Assembly: GCA_951406725.2 (NCBI GenBank)
Contig: OX597814.1
Location: 102,176,001-102,240,000, forward strand
Direction of reading: 5' to 3'
Source: Octopus vulgaris
Lineage: Eukaryota
DNA: 64,000 nt
The position numbers were made by a program, and so were the translations under genes. Shown here in pieces: positions 1 to 13,561 of the stretch (the stretch's first letter is position 1; the number at the start of each line of letters is the position of its first letter). The notes beneath the pieces were generated by a model. The model did not search any database. It was not told the DNA's origin and saw only the letters and a list, made by a program, of their open reading frames with translations.

Positions 1-757
1 AAATATTGGGGGGGGGGGGATAATAAAAGATTAAAAGTATGTATGTGGGACAAGAATGTGGACATAGGGTGGATTAAGAGGGTGGATACACATAATAGAA
101 GAAGAAGGTGGTGGTGGTAGTGGTGATGATGATGATGATGATGATGATGATATAGTGGGTAGTGGTACATATAGCAGAACAGTTTATCTAGACTGGTATC
201 TTTGCAGGGGACCATTCCACAAGGTAAAAAAAGGCTGTAAGCGGGGTTAAGTTGAGTGTGTATAGCGGCAATTACACAAAATATGTATATATGTATACAT
301 GCAAAATAAGAGAAAGCAAAAAGAGGATACTTTCAGATGATGAATTTTTAAGCATGAACATATAGATATTTATAGAAATAGATTCAACTTACACAGAGTA
401 CAAACAACAGAGAAAATTAAAGCGGTGGAAGAAAGGTGTTATAAGTTCAACAACAGATGAACTACATTTACCTACCAACATTATTATGGATCTCCAAACC
501 TCCAGAAACAGCTGTTGAACTTATAATTGCTGCGCTCTCTCCCCACCCCTATACACACACACACACGCACATATATATATATATGACACACCTCTTACAG
601 TTATTTTCAACTAGCAAGTGTTAGGATCAGGAAAGAAAAATGCACAAAAAGTTATTTGGCTAGAAAAGGGAGAAATAAAGCAAACAGTATAATACATAAT
701 GAAAAAAGGATGTATAAAGTAATTTGATGAAACAGCACATTACTTCATACTACGTAC

Positions 758-807
758 TTGGATTTCATCTCTAGATTACATTGTTTCAGAAACCAGTCAG
801 CACAGGC
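758..807 (-). CDS. FPGS: FPGS exon 10 (ACADWFLKQCNLEMKS..); gene continues beyond the window
   Basis: AC..WF motif follows DGAHT..S in FPGS; tag acceptor, gtacgt donor; 50 nt. Confidence 0.85.
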
Positions 808-1929
808 CTATCAAAAATATAGAGAGGGATACATGTCATATAAAGTTCTAATTACTGTTTTAAAGACTAGATTTTCACCTAAAACAGAAATTCATACATT
901 GGAATTGTGTTAATTTTGACAAATGTAGTTTGAAGGTGGTATGGAATAGAGTATTAAAATGGAAAGGAATGATGAGGATTTAAAAATGATCCAATAGTAA
1001 TTTTAAGACAAAATAAGTTACAGCAATGCCTAAATTGCTTTTCAGATTAGACACATTTCCATTGCAGTCATTCTGGTATCATTCTAAACCTATTTTGATG
1101 CAGAAAACCCTGTCGTTGTTGTCATAGGAATACAGTGACAGTGACTTCTAAACTGTATGATGCCCTATTCTATACCTATAAATAAAAATAGAAATGTCAT
1201 ACCAGGTAACAGTTCAGATACATGTTCAACATATTTGGCCAAATATTCTAGGTATTTAAGAAACAATGTGATAAAAATTAGGTGTAGGAACAATTATATT
1301 TAATCTTTCATATTAATTTTTCCTGTTTTTCAGGTGGTCAGAATATGCATCAGAATAACTGAGCTTAGGCTAATATCATAGGAAATAGGACAGCAACAGT
1401 AATTTCTGCTTATGCGTTACTGTTAGAACTGACAGACAAGGAAAGGACTGCTACCAAGAGGTTTCCAGCAGATTACCTCAAAATTTGTAGACGAAACAAG
1501 GTTCTAATAAAATAGAGAATGATATAGTGGTAGAAATGTACTGTAAAGAAACAGAAAAACCAAGAGGCAGACTGGAAAAGGACAGAAGGAAGGAGAACAC
1601 AAGGAATGATATTAGGTAGATTGAAGATAAACTAAACATCAGGCATACCTAGTAAGAAGAGATGTTGAAAGTAAGAGATTAACCAATATTCTATGTTGTG
1701 AGAAACAAGCATGAGTTCTTTCTGGATTGTGAGGCAATGTGTCAGTGTAAATTGAGATGTCATTGTTGAAAAGTGTGTTACAGAATATTAACATCACACT
1801 CTGATGCTGAGAAGGAGGTAAGGAAATGCTACTATGAGAGATTATTGTAAGTACAATACATGGAAGAGAGTCCCCGACCAGACACAATAGAGAGACTTGA
1901 TACTGAAGTTGATAACTATACAACTGAAA

Positions 1930-2300
1930 GGGCTTTTTATGGATACAACAGCTGGGAAAGCAACTAGACTATCAAGAGTAACCTCCAATGTTGAAAATAT
2001 CTGCCGAAATAGGACATACAAGTCAATTTCATTGTAATTCAAATAGTACAGGGAACTTCTATTTCCATGCTCCCAGGCACAGAGGCCCTTAATCATGCAA
2101 TGTTACTCAACATGCAAACACTACTAAGTGAAACCCAGCTGTGCTGATCTGGTCAGTTGGCCAGAATAGATGACATATGACTTCCAAAATATCTTTTCCA
2201 CAACAAGTTGGTAGAGGAGAAAAGTTAGGTCAGTAGGCAGCTCAAACTCATTTAGACCGCAAGGATTCCAGAATCCTTGAGTCACAGAATCCTAGAGTCA
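1930..2300 (+). mobile_element. Old RTE LINE C-terminal remnant
   Basis: Degenerate QLxWxGxLARxDDxRLPK-like segment near 2135-2200. Confidence 0.45.
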
Positions 2301-2549
2301 CAGAAGATTCTTGTATCAGAAAGATCTACCTGATATAGTTTCATAATCAAAAGTGTATTATTGTTAGGACAAGGCAGGGGCAGATGAGCTGAGCAGAAAA
2401 AAGAGAGGAGATGATCCAGAGCTTTTTGTGCAAGGGCAAAAAAGAATTTGTCAGTTACTACCAGACATATCCATAAATAAAATCATGGCTATCATCCATA
2501 TGGATGGACAAATAAGGAAGACCACCAATGATTATGACAGTGACTGCAT

Positions 2550-5050
2550 CTTCAACTACTAAATAAAGCAAAGGAGATGCTCTAGAAAGGAGCAGCTACA
2601 GGGACACTAAATTGATATATCAGGTTATGAAAGTAACAGAAATAATTATAGTGCAGCTAATCATAAAATATATAACTTAAATATTTGGGTTTGTGCCAGG
2701 AGAGAGAACCACTGATATCTTTGCTGCTAGTGAAAAAACTGTAGTTCTTAAATAAGAGAAAAACACACTACCTAATTATTCATTAGGCTAAAGAAGGCTT
2801 CTGATAGAGTATAATTTTTGGTGGTCCCTAAGGAAACTTGTGTAGCAATATTGCTTTCTTCACTGTTTGAGAAAAATATTAAGAATGATCTCGTTTGAGA
2901 TTACAAACATCTTTGGCTAGTTTAACCTTGTTGTGTCCACTATTCTGATTGGTTAGCATCTAAGCGCAGTCTGTCTCTACTTATTTCGCGCCAGTGTGTA
3001 AACTGACCAATCACAGCTTTTGGATAGGACTTTTCATTTGAGCCATCTTAACTCTTTAAATAGGCTGATCATATCACGATTCAACATCTTTCGGCTTAAG
3101 ACCTTTTAAGGTCTTAGTCCGAGACCACACAGAGCTTACTCAACCATGTTCCAGTTCGAAAGGCAGACGACAGCCAAGCCAACCATAATATGAAGACGCT
3201 ATTGTAAACCAGCGACAGACATAACGTCATCACCAACATTGTCTCCATCTACGAAAACTCATGCTGTTAGTGTGAAAATCTCACCACGGAAAAACAGTTG
3301 CAGTATATATATCTGAAAGAATATCTATATCAAGAGAAAAATATGCACAAGTGACTCAACTAATCTCAGCTCTGAGACTCAAATCTTGTATAGAATTCAT
3401 TATCGTGTACTACATGATCTTCATTTTAACTCAAAATGTTGAGACTTCTCTTATGCTCTGTTGTATTTGCATAAACCTTATTCTGTACTTCTTTTGCACA
3501 CACGAACACATAGACACAAATATTATAAGCAGGCATTCATGACACAACACTACGCTAATAATAACAAATCACTTTGTACACTGTGAATAAAATCTATCTT
3601 CTCTTTATAAAAGTAGAACGGTTTTTGGAGTCCTTATTTCATATACTTTGGCACTGTTTATAAACATGTATTATGGCTTATATAACATTATGTTATGTTA
3701 TGTTGAAATGTGGCCGGACGCTGTTGTACAAGAGGAGAAATATGTCACCAAAACTCCTCACGTACGGTCGTATTCTAACACTTGTGAGAGTCATGTAAAT
3801 TATGTACAAGTACATTAGGTACAGTGATTTGCACTTATCTAAGAACTTCTAGAGTTTTCTCACAAATATCAAAGATGTCAGTGGTTCTCTCTCCCGGCAC
3901 AAACTCAAACTGCATCTCATTTAAGCTATCTTCTGATTAGCTGCACTGTAATGCTGTCTGCTACTTTCAGAACCTGACATATCAATTTAATGTCAACAAG
4001 ATGAGAATTAATACTACATTCAGTGAAGAATTTAATATAGAAGGAAGTGTCCATCAGGGCTGTTCTCAGCCACTTCCTGTTTATTATAGCTATCCAGACA
4101 TTAACAGAGAACTCCTGTATGCTAATGATCTGGTCCTAATAACCAAATTTTTCAATGACTTGCAAGAAAATTTCCAGATATAGAAACAGGACTATAGGCC
4201 TAAAAATAAACCTATTGAGGACATAAAGTTTTACAGATCAAATGAATATATAAAACTCTACAGACATCGAGGAAGTAGCCATGCACAATATACAGAAAAG
4301 AAGTAGCTTGAAATAATTTTATGCTGTGTACCATTGTGAAGTATGGTACACAAAAGATACAGTGGCTGACAAAAATGGACTTTGTATGTAAAAGATGCAT
4401 AGGTTTAATTAGTAGTTAGAATAGCCATCACATGAATTTTTTTCAACACTCGTGAAGTTCTCTAGAAGTAGTATACAACTTCTGTTACTTAGGTGTCAAA
4501 ATTAACAGTGGAGGCAGCTGCTGCAAAATCATAATAGGTAGAATAGTAAAATAAGAACAAGGTGGAAAAAGTTCAAAGAACTATTACTTCTGCTGAGAAC
4601 AAAGGGCTACTCTCTCTGAAAAAACAAAAGCCAGAGTGTATGTTACATACACACAAAATAGGATACTTTGTGGAAGCAAATTATGGCCACTGAAAGTGGA
4701 GATGTGCAAAGGCATATATAAAATGATGTGAGTATACTCCACTGGATGTGCATAAACAATGATGTGTATCCTAACTATCATATATCACACATTTGAAATA
4801 ATGGCCTTCCCTTAGACAGCTGGTTCATCTGAATCCTTTTTTACCCTTCAACTCATCATATTCATCATCATTATCCTCAAACATCTGTTAAAGGACAATA
4901 ACCAAAGAAATAGTGATGGAGACTGACTGAAGCAGTTGAACTTCACAAAGATGATGATGGATAGCAACAAATGACAAAATATTGTGTGGAAGAAAACTTC
5001 TCATCCATACAAACAGTAAAATCAACATGAAAATAATAATGATGATGATG
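2550..5050 (+). mobile_element. Degenerate RTE-type LINE (RT and 3' end), interrupted
   Basis: KAxDRV..WSLRKL remnant near 2790-2840, GSVHQG and ELLYANDLVL (LLYADD) near 4040-4140, (GAT)n tail at 5041. Confidence 0.7.
2841..3780 (+). mobile_element. Candidate solo LTR interrupting an RTE LINE
   Basis: TGT...ACA ends flanked by CTTG; CCAAT boxes (2948, 3007), TATA-like 3055, AATAAA 3586. The LINE RT sequence resumes after it. Left boundary uncertain. Confidence 0.5.
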
Positions 5051-5059
5051 GTGGTTTAA

Positions 5060-5282
5060 CCCTTTTGGTAACAACCCCACTAAGAACATCCTTAGTTCTA
5101 TGATAGAAACTTACTGTTTTTAAATTATCTAAATTAAAAACCTCCCATCAAAATTTCATATGAAGTTATGTTCCTAATACCAACTCAATAATAACAAAAT
5201 TGTCTTACTAAATTCTTCAATATTTTCAAAATTAATTAAAAGAAAGGCAATATATTTTAACAGAAATATGGTAATAAAAGGG
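5060..5282. mobile_element. TTAA-flanked MITE (piggyBac-like)
   Basis: TTAA-CCCTTTTGGTAAC...GTAATAAAAGGG-TTAA. Confidence 0.65.
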
Positions 5283-5316
5283 TTAATGTTACAATAGAAA
5301 TGAGGTTTCTTCTTAC

Positions 5317-5414
5317 TTTCATGCTCTCCTCAGTGTGAGCACCATCCAAGTAGAAACTCACCGATTCATGTTTTATAATTTGTAATCGACCAGGTATGTG
5401 ACAGGTCTTAATTC
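5317..5414 (-). CDS. FPGS: FPGS exon 9 (GIKTCHIPGRLQIIKHESVSFYLDGAHTEESMK)
   Basis: PGR.Q and YLDGAHT motifs; gcag/gtaaga boundaries; 98 nt, phase 1/0. Confidence 0.97.
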
Positions 5415-6199
5415 CTGCAGAGAAAGGTAACCAATGATTAGAATATGAATGTATTTTAACCTGCCATACCCAAGTCAATATTCTTAATATGAGATGCTTG
5501 ATCTTAACATTCTTACTGAACTCTGAATTATATATGTCATCAACTTTCCTAATCTCACAAGGAATTGGTCAGTTCAGAGCTATAAAAGATGATATGTACA
5601 CGATGTTGAACCCAAAACTACAATGTTGCAAAACAAACTTCTCAACCATACATGTCTGCAACAATGAAAATCTTTTCAGGTAGAACATTTATTCATAAAA
5701 ATTTTTTAGACATATTCCCTACACTAAAATGTGAGAGCGACATTGTTAGACTTAACCATAACAGAGATGAGAAAAGAGAGCTCTATATAAGTAATGTATT
5801 TGATGGCATTATAAGACATACATTTTACCACCATCAAAAAAATATCTCAAAAAGTCACCCAAGTCCCATATGCAAAAGATGGGCCACCCATAAGCTTTAA
5901 CCCTTTAGCATTCAGATTACTTTGTCGAATGTAATACTTATTTATTAACAGTTTTGAATTAATTATACATTATCTCATAGCTTTGGGGTTTTGATGATGT
6001 GATTGTTTATTTTTAGAATGACATTGCAGAGTAAGTGTGAGATGTCAGATCTGGCCTGTTTAAACATAAATCAGCTAGAATATTTGGGTTAGATATGGCC
6101 TGTTTAAATGAGACTATTTTTCCTGAATATGCACTGCTGAAATGAGGAGGAGGGCATCTAATATGCTCTCTTTTAGACAATGAAATATGAAACGTGAAT

Positions 6200-6630
6200 A
6201 TTATTTAGATTTGACGGATATTTGACCTCATCTTGTTTGTTGCTGACATGTTTTGGCTGATATACCCTCCAGCCTTCATCAGGTGACTTGGGGAAATTTC
6301 AAACCTGGGTTCTCATTCCTAAGGTATTTTTCGATGCTGTTGTTGTTGTTATTATTATTATTATTATTCAGGTCACTGCCAGGAATCGAACTCGAAATTT
6401 TGGGGTTAGTAGCCCGCACTCTTAACCACTACGCCATATGCCCATAATAATAATAACATTGAAAAATACCTTAGGAATTTGAACCCAGGTTCGAAATTTC
6501 CCCAAGTCACCTGATGAAGGCTGGAGGGTATATCAGCCGAAACGTTGCGTTAACAACAAACATGATGAGGACAAATGTACATCAAATGTAAATAATGTAC
6601 ATAATTCCTCATCTGTTAAATATAGAACTG
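6200..6630. mobile_element. Palindromic non-autonomous Penelope-like element with tRNA-like head and hammerhead core (copy A)
   Basis: Inverted arms 6200-6370 and 6444-6596; tRNA-like head 6371-6443 (-); CTGATGA-stem-GAAACGTT at 6511-6546; about 34-bp one-sided tail 6597-6630. Confidence 0.75.
6507..6550 (+). ncRNA. Candidate minimal type I hammerhead ribozyme
   Basis: CUGAUGA, stem II GGCUG/CAGCC, GAAA, palindromic AACGUU stem III. Stem I is imperfect here (CAC/GCG) and intact in copy B (ACAC/GUGU). Confidence 0.55.
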
Positions 6631-7956
6631 TATGAAACATGAATGTCCATTTTCTAGGATAACATGAATTGGACAAAAGACTCATTTCAGGCAATATTTT
6701 ATGGTCAGGTGTTCGTGTTGCCAAGCCTTTATCTATTTTACAAAAAAAGATTTTTCTTATTCCATAGATTTTTGAATAAAACAAAGCAACAGATCATAAT
6801 GTCTACAACAAATGCAATATTAATGTTTTTCGCTCAGTCAATGACAAGCAATGCTGTAAGATATCACTAACTGCACGCACACGCACATATACATGCATTC
6901 ATGTGCAATGAGCTTCCATACATTTTCTGTATAGCAGATTCACTCACAAGGCATTGGTCAACTCAAAGCTATAATAGAAAATGTGTGTGTGTGTGTGTAT
7001 CCAAGCATGTGTGTGTGAGTGAACATCTGCTTTCCAAGCTGGCAGGAATTGAAAAAGTTATCACAGTCAGTCAGTTCTTACTAGGAGTTACTGCTTGTAA
7101 AGATTAGAGCTCACATGTGTTGTTTAACTTAGTTTCAACAAGTAGACAACCTTCCTATTACTAACTACTTAACAGAGTGTATTGGATGCATTTTTTTTCA
7201 TGGCAGCAACACAAAAGTACTCAGTGTCAAAAGGTGTGTAGATTAAAAAAGGAAATACAAGGAACAATAACAGAAACTTGCAGATAACAAAATATTTACT
7301 AATGGTGGGATTCTATCAGTTCAGTACGGTAATAATTAAATATTGATCTGATTGCGACCTCAAGCCTTTGACAGCTTATTCAACCAGTTGAATAAGTTAT
7401 TAATATGAAATTTGAGCTCCAAGTCAAATCAGTATTATCACTATACATTGTCATTCAACATCATTTTTTTCCATACTGGCATAGATTGGACAGTTTGACA
7501 GGAGCTGGCAAGTCAGCTCTACCATCCGTTTTGGCCTGGTTCCAACAGCTAGATTCCCTTGGTGACCTCACCGGTGCTGGTGCCACATGAAAAGTACTCA
7601 CTACACACTGTAAAGTGGTTGGCATTAAGAAATATATCAAGTTGTAGAAATCATGTCAAGCAAATATTGGGGCTTGCTGGAGTCCTCTGGCTTGCCAGCT
7701 CCAATCAAACCATCCAACCTATGCCAACATGGAAAATGGACATTAAATGATTATGAGGAAGGTGATGATGATGATGATGGTGGTGAATGCTTGATATAGT
7801 TACACTTTTTTTTTTCTTTAAGGATTTGACTTTGAAGAGCAAAATTGGAAACTAAAAGTTCCATCAACACTAGCTGCGATAATGCATTCTGTTGATTATG
7901 GTATATTGCATCTGGACTTTTAAATCAATAATTGACAAGACAAAAATAACATTTAC

Positions 7957-8061
7957 CTCTAGTGAATTTGGAGAAATCTGGAAAGTCACAATCAAGAACT
8001 GGTAGGTTTGTTGACCCTAATTGGATATTGCAATCACTAAACCACTGTTTCCGAGAGTTCT
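7957..8061 (-). CDS. FPGS: FPGS exon 8 (ENSRKQWFSDCNIQLGSTNLPVLDCDFPDFSKFTR), variable linker
   Basis: tcag acceptor, gtaaat donor, 105 nt open, phase 1/1. Ends in F..G as expected before the PGR motif. Confidence 0.8.
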
Positions 8062-8201
8062 CTGATAAGATTAGAGATAAAAGAGAGGGTATCAGATTAT
8101 ATAGGGGTAAAATGAGTCAGATGGTTATCTTCTAGCTTCAAATAAAGAAGACCACTAACACCAACATTTCAACATGCATGTAAACAAGAAAGCCTCTAAA
8201 T

Positions 8202-8351
8202 CAGGCATGGACAACCTTTTCCAAGAAGCAGGTCACTTTAGACATGATTCGTCATCAGACAGGCTACTCTACTAAAAAAAAATTCAAGGTATATTACAAT
8301 TAGATATACCATTCAGAAAGTCCTGAAAAACCACACATTTGCCCATGACTG
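8202..8351. mobile_element. hAT-type MITE
   Basis: CAGGCATGGACAA...TTGCCCATGACTG TIRs; 8-bp TSD CTCTAAAT/CTTTAAAT once the piggyBac is removed. Confidence 0.7.
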
Positions 8352-8357
8352 CTTTAA

Positions 8358-10364
8358 CCCTTTAGTGTTCAGATTAATCTGTCAAATGTAATAGTGGTAT
8401 TTCATCTGCCACTACGTTCTGAGTTCAAATTCCACTGAGGTCGACTTTGCCTTTCATCCTTTCGGGGTCAATTAAATAAGTACCAGTTACGCACTGGAGT
8501 CAATATAATCGACTTAATCCATTTGTCTGTCCTTGTTTGTCCTCTCTGTGTTTAACTCCTTGTGGGTAGTAAAGAAATAGGTTATTTGTTCACATTATTT
8601 TGACTAATTGAAGTTCAAGAGGGGTGTCCACAATATTTGCTTGTAACTTTGTTAATTTTTTTACATACAGATTTGAAATTTTGTGAATGGGTGCTTATAT
8701 ACCAGTGGTTTATAGTTACATAATTTTAGCTGATCTTTCAGATTAAATTTGACTTTTATGGGCAAGTAAATTTAATTAATAGGTGCAAAAACAATAACAT
8801 TATAGATAAACACTAAAACTGAAATTCTTAATGCATTTTACCTGTTTGATTTGTTATTAAAATTATACCAGATGTCAACCACTGACAATTTTGCCACTTT
8901 TCAAAATGAGGTACATTAATATGAATTAATTAACATACAGGTATAATCGGTTCAGGATTTTATTCTTTCTCTATATTTCATTGAAAATAAAGTATAAAAC
9001 TCTTTTGCTAGTCAATATACCATTGGCTATGTACTCTTATACAATTTAATGAATACATTTACATAATAGAATGCATCTAATAAAAAAGCTCATTAGCAGG
9101 TGAAACAAAGGTGAATACAGGTGTGTAACATACTGAAAATTAATATGTATTTCTCACTTTCATATATTATTTGTAATAAAATGAAAAGAATATATGATAG
9201 TATTACTATCAAACAACAAAACAGAGTTATGCCATATTCTTATTGTGAAACTGTTCAAAGTACCCTTTACACAAGGGCACTTTGCAAAATGAACACATGT
9301 ATGTGGTCTTGACCTGATGTCCTTTTGCAGTTTTTCTTTTTTACAGCGAACACAATCTGCAAACTTTTTTTCCCTCCATCTGTTTTTCCCACTTATTGGA
9401 AGCCAATATTTCTCTATTTACATCCACCTCAGTTAATTTTGCTTTTCTCCCAGTTCTGTGCTTTCTGGAAGAAAAGCTATCATGTAACTGAGATGCAACG
9501 TCAACCCGAAATTTCAAATGGTCATAGTCCTTTGGTGGTGAAGGAACCTTGTAGCTTTTTACATAAACAATATATGAATTAACTATAGTGAGACATAATA
9601 CTGGAGATATATGGATCACCATACCTTATCTCAGGACTCCAGCAGTTCCACAGTCAAGGAAGTTGCTTGCTACCAAACAAGTTTATAGTAAAAAAAAGCT
9701 CACATTTCCGCAGTATCGGGTGGCTGCCATAATGGATCAGGTCTTCCATGAATAGAAATTATGAGTTGAGCATATTTATTTGTTTCCTCTGCGACGGTTT
9801 CAAAAAAACTTTTCAGTAAAAATTTTAATAAATAGTCTAATGGTGGAGCATCAGGAGATAGACTGTGCTGTGGACTAGTCTTTTCTGTGAAATCAGGAAC
9901 TGTGGTTGATGTAGTAATTATCAACCATGTTGCCATGATGTTTTCAATATCATTTTTATCACTTTTGTTATCAAAATCTTCCTTGTCCAATGAAGATTCA
10001 TAAATATCAATATCAGATTCATCTGAAGACAAATCACTTGTTTTCATTTATGTTTTGTAAATCATCAAGAGTAAAACCTTCAAAGTTGGAATTGGTACTT
10101 GCTGAAACCATATCATTAAAAACTAAGATATACACTTCTCTTCAAACATTGAAAAAAACCAAGAAGTCTCAAAAGTTTCACAGTATTTATACTTGAATAA
10201 AGGTGGGAAAGGCTTTTATCTTGCATTATCTCAAAGCTACAAGAATTCAATAACATGATTTGTTTATTTTTTAACAATTTCATAGAGGAATCAGATATGG
10301 CCAGATTTGGCCAGTTCAAACAAATAAAAGGGTATTATTTTCAGCCAGTGTGAACACTAAAGGG
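8358..10364 (-). mobile_element. Internally deleted piggyBac transposon
   Basis: TIR CCCTTTAGTGTTCA at both ends with TTAA TSDs (8354-8357, 10365-10368); acidic N-terminal transposase remnant (PLDY..FL..ETNKYA, 9700-10047) and a Cys-rich C-terminal remnant. Confidence 0.88.
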
Positions 10365-11608
10365 TTAAATAGTTGATCTACTGAGAATGGCAACCAAGAT
10401 GCCCTCAGCACAATATAAAAAAAAATGGCAAGACTGGATGGTCATAGTTGATATGCTTTTGATCTAAGTTTATTTGACCAAAGAATTTCAGATGTGATTT
10501 AAATTCTTGCTTATTTTGTACCTTGTTGTTTATTTGTAGTGAACACCACTAGGTCAACAGTTTGCTTTTTATCCTTCTGAGGTTGATAAAATACATACCA
10601 CCAATATAGTAATATGCATTTTTTACATGGCTTAATCACAGAAGGAAAAGCAGTATACATAACATTTTACAGGCTTCCAATAAAAATACCAAAGTGCCAT
10701 ATGGTAATGTTAATTTGTATAATAGATTAAGTCTACCACTCATATAAGTAGAAATAATATTAAAATAGACTGTTTGATTGATACATTTGTTTAAACTCTA
10801 CTCACTTGTTCTAATTGTTTTAATGTTCTTCTTTCCATGCTAACATAGGTCAGATGAAATTCATCAAGGCAGTTTTTCTATGGTGGGATGCTCTTCTTGT
10901 CAACAAAACCTCAATTGTTTCCAAGCAAAATAATATTTTCTCTAGTTCTTTGGACATAAGCAGCACAAAGTTTTCATAAGAGATTGCAAACAGACAATAC
11001 AGCTTATACACTGGTGATGTTTGTTTAGAATTAGCATGCAATATCAAGACAAGGAGAGACAAATACACACATTTGATGGAGTCCTTTCAATTTCCATCTA
11101 CTAAATTTACACACAAGGAACAGGTCAGCCCAGAGTTATAGAAGGCACTTGCCCAATGTGCTGTGCAACTGGACTGAACAAGATGATTGCAAAGTGAGCT
11201 TCTTAAATACCTAACCACTAATATATTAGAAATCTACCACCTTGTATTGATACCAGACATCAATACATGGAAATAAGATGGCAAACTGGCAGAATTCTTA
11301 GCAAGACAAGCAAAATGCTTAGTAATATTTCTTCTGACTTTACGTTCTGAGTTCAAGTGCCATCAGGGTTGACTTTGCCTTTCAGAGTTAATAACATAAA
11401 TATCAGTTGAGTATGGCAGTCAATGTAATTGGCTTACCCCTTCTCCCGAAATTGCTGGCCTTGTACCAAAATTTGAAACCACTGTCATTGCATTAAAATA
11501 CTCCAATAACATTAAAAAAAAAATCTAAAATAGTAAAATCATTAATCAGTCGTTAAACTACAAGAAAGTCATGATATAAATAAGCAGGATAATTTTTTTT
11601 TTTTTTAC

Positions 11609-11741
11609 CTTGATCATGGTCTCTTAGCCATACTCGAGCCAACTGGATTGCTAATGATATATTCAGAAGTTGAAATGGTTCATAATTGGTTGCGTCTTTG
11701 TTTAAACCTGGTACATTTCCTGATACAGTGTACAGTGGATT
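11609..11741 (-). CDS. FPGS: FPGS exon 7 (NPLYTVSGNVPGLNKDATNYEPFQLLNISLAIQLARVWLRDHDQ)
   Basis: Q..N.SLA.QL motif; gcag acceptor, gtaaaa donor; 133 nt, ends in phase 1. Confidence 0.92.
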
Positions 11742-11891
11742 CTGCAAGAATAACAGAATGAAAATGAGATTCATGGATTTCCATTTTTTTTTTTCACATA
11801 CCAAGGTCTTCTGGCAGTGTAAACACTGACAATCTGTCACAGCTGAATGGACATTCAATCTGTTTTGGCAACACTAAAGTTTAGCACTAGA

Positions 11892-11935
<44 letters not shown>

Positions 11936-12854
11936 TGCACATAGAAACAGAAATTGAAATGGGGAGATTGAAAGGGAGAGTGAGAGAGGGAGAGTAACAG
12001 GACACATACAAATATAACTAGATACCCACACATAAACAGAAAGAGAGAGAAAAACAGGGAGAGAACAGGAGATACATTAAAATGTTTGGTGTTGTATAAG
12101 TCAGCACTGAATCAGTGACGGTTAAAATAGCAGGGGTGCTGAATTAGAGCGATGAGCAAAATAGCAAAGATCTTTTCCTTTATCTTTCCTATTTTTTCCT
12201 TCATAATTTCTATAATTTTGATGAACCCTTTCAATATCTTTACATTCTCATGTGCCCTGTTATCTTTCCATCTTTTTCAGTTGCTTTTTCTTCTAATCAT
12301 TTTACCCCTAATTATTTTTTCAAAATTTATTCTTATGTTCTTTAAATCCCCACCATTATTCCTCATTTCTTTACTATTTAATTTATTCTATTTTACTTTA
12401 TTCCGTTTGAACTATTTACCATTCATTCACAAGGCATTGGTAGGCCTGAAGCTAACATAGAAGGCACCATGCAGTGGGACTGAACCTGAACTTATGCAAT
12501 TCCAAAGCAAGCTTCTAAACCCCAGAGCCATGCTTGCACTTGTAGTTGTTGTAGTTGTTTAACTCCAAATCAGCTCTGATCAAGCAGACCTATTAACTAA
12601 TGATGTTCCTGCTGTGACCAACCGCTCTTTTTGTATATCCAGGAACACAGTAAGTCCTTTCAGTCAGTAGGAAGTGATTTCAAAAGAGATTTATTATTTC
12701 TAGCAGGGTGAAGGATGCAATCAGTTTGCCACCCACATTGGCAAGTGCCTATATTCATGTGTATGCAGAAATTAAGACAGGCAAAGGTGACAGGCAGGGG
12801 AAGAGCTTAGCAATCACATGGTTCTAGGTTCAAACCCACTGTACAGCATTTACA

Positions 12855-13028
12855 GTAAGAATTTTTAGTCAAATGAATCGACCCCAGTGCTTATCTTTTT
12901 TAAAGCCTGGTACTTTGCTGAACCACTAAGTCATAGGGATGTAAAGACATCAACAGCAGTTGTCAAACAGTAGTGGGGAATAAACACAGACACAAGGACA
13001 CACATACATACATACATACACATATCTA

Positions 13029-13090
<62 letters not shown>

Positions 13091-13527
13091 TACATACATA
13101 TATATATATGATGGGTTTCTTTTAGTTTCCATCTACAAAATCCACTCACAAGGCTTTGATTGGTCCAAGACTACAGTAGAAGACACTTGCTCAAGGTGCC
13201 ATACAGTGGAACTGAACCCAGCACCATGTGGTTGGGAAGCAAGCCTCTTACCACACAGCTATGTGAGAAATATCTCAAAAGTTTCCTCTCTTCAAAAAGA
13301 ATTAGCTACATCTTGGAAAACATGAATACATCCATTAAGTCAATAAATCCTACATTTAGGTACAGGTACAGCTGTGTGGTAAGAAGCTTGCTTCACAACT
13401 TCATGGTTCTGGGTTCAGTCCCACAGCACAACACCTTGGGCATGTGCCTTCTACTATAGCCTCAGACTGACCAAAACCTTGTGAGTGGATTTGGTACACA
13501 GAAACTGAAAGAAGCCCATCATATACG

Positions 13528-13561
<34 letters not shown>

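Noticed and set aside
3098-3115. Histone 3' stem-loop
   Set aside because: The stem lacks the GG-CC base of the consensus and there is no histone ORF upstream.
6371-6443. Functional tRNA-Ser(ACT) gene
   Set aside because: Acceptor and T stems pair poorly, the anticodon is atypical, and it is embedded in a repeated mobile element.
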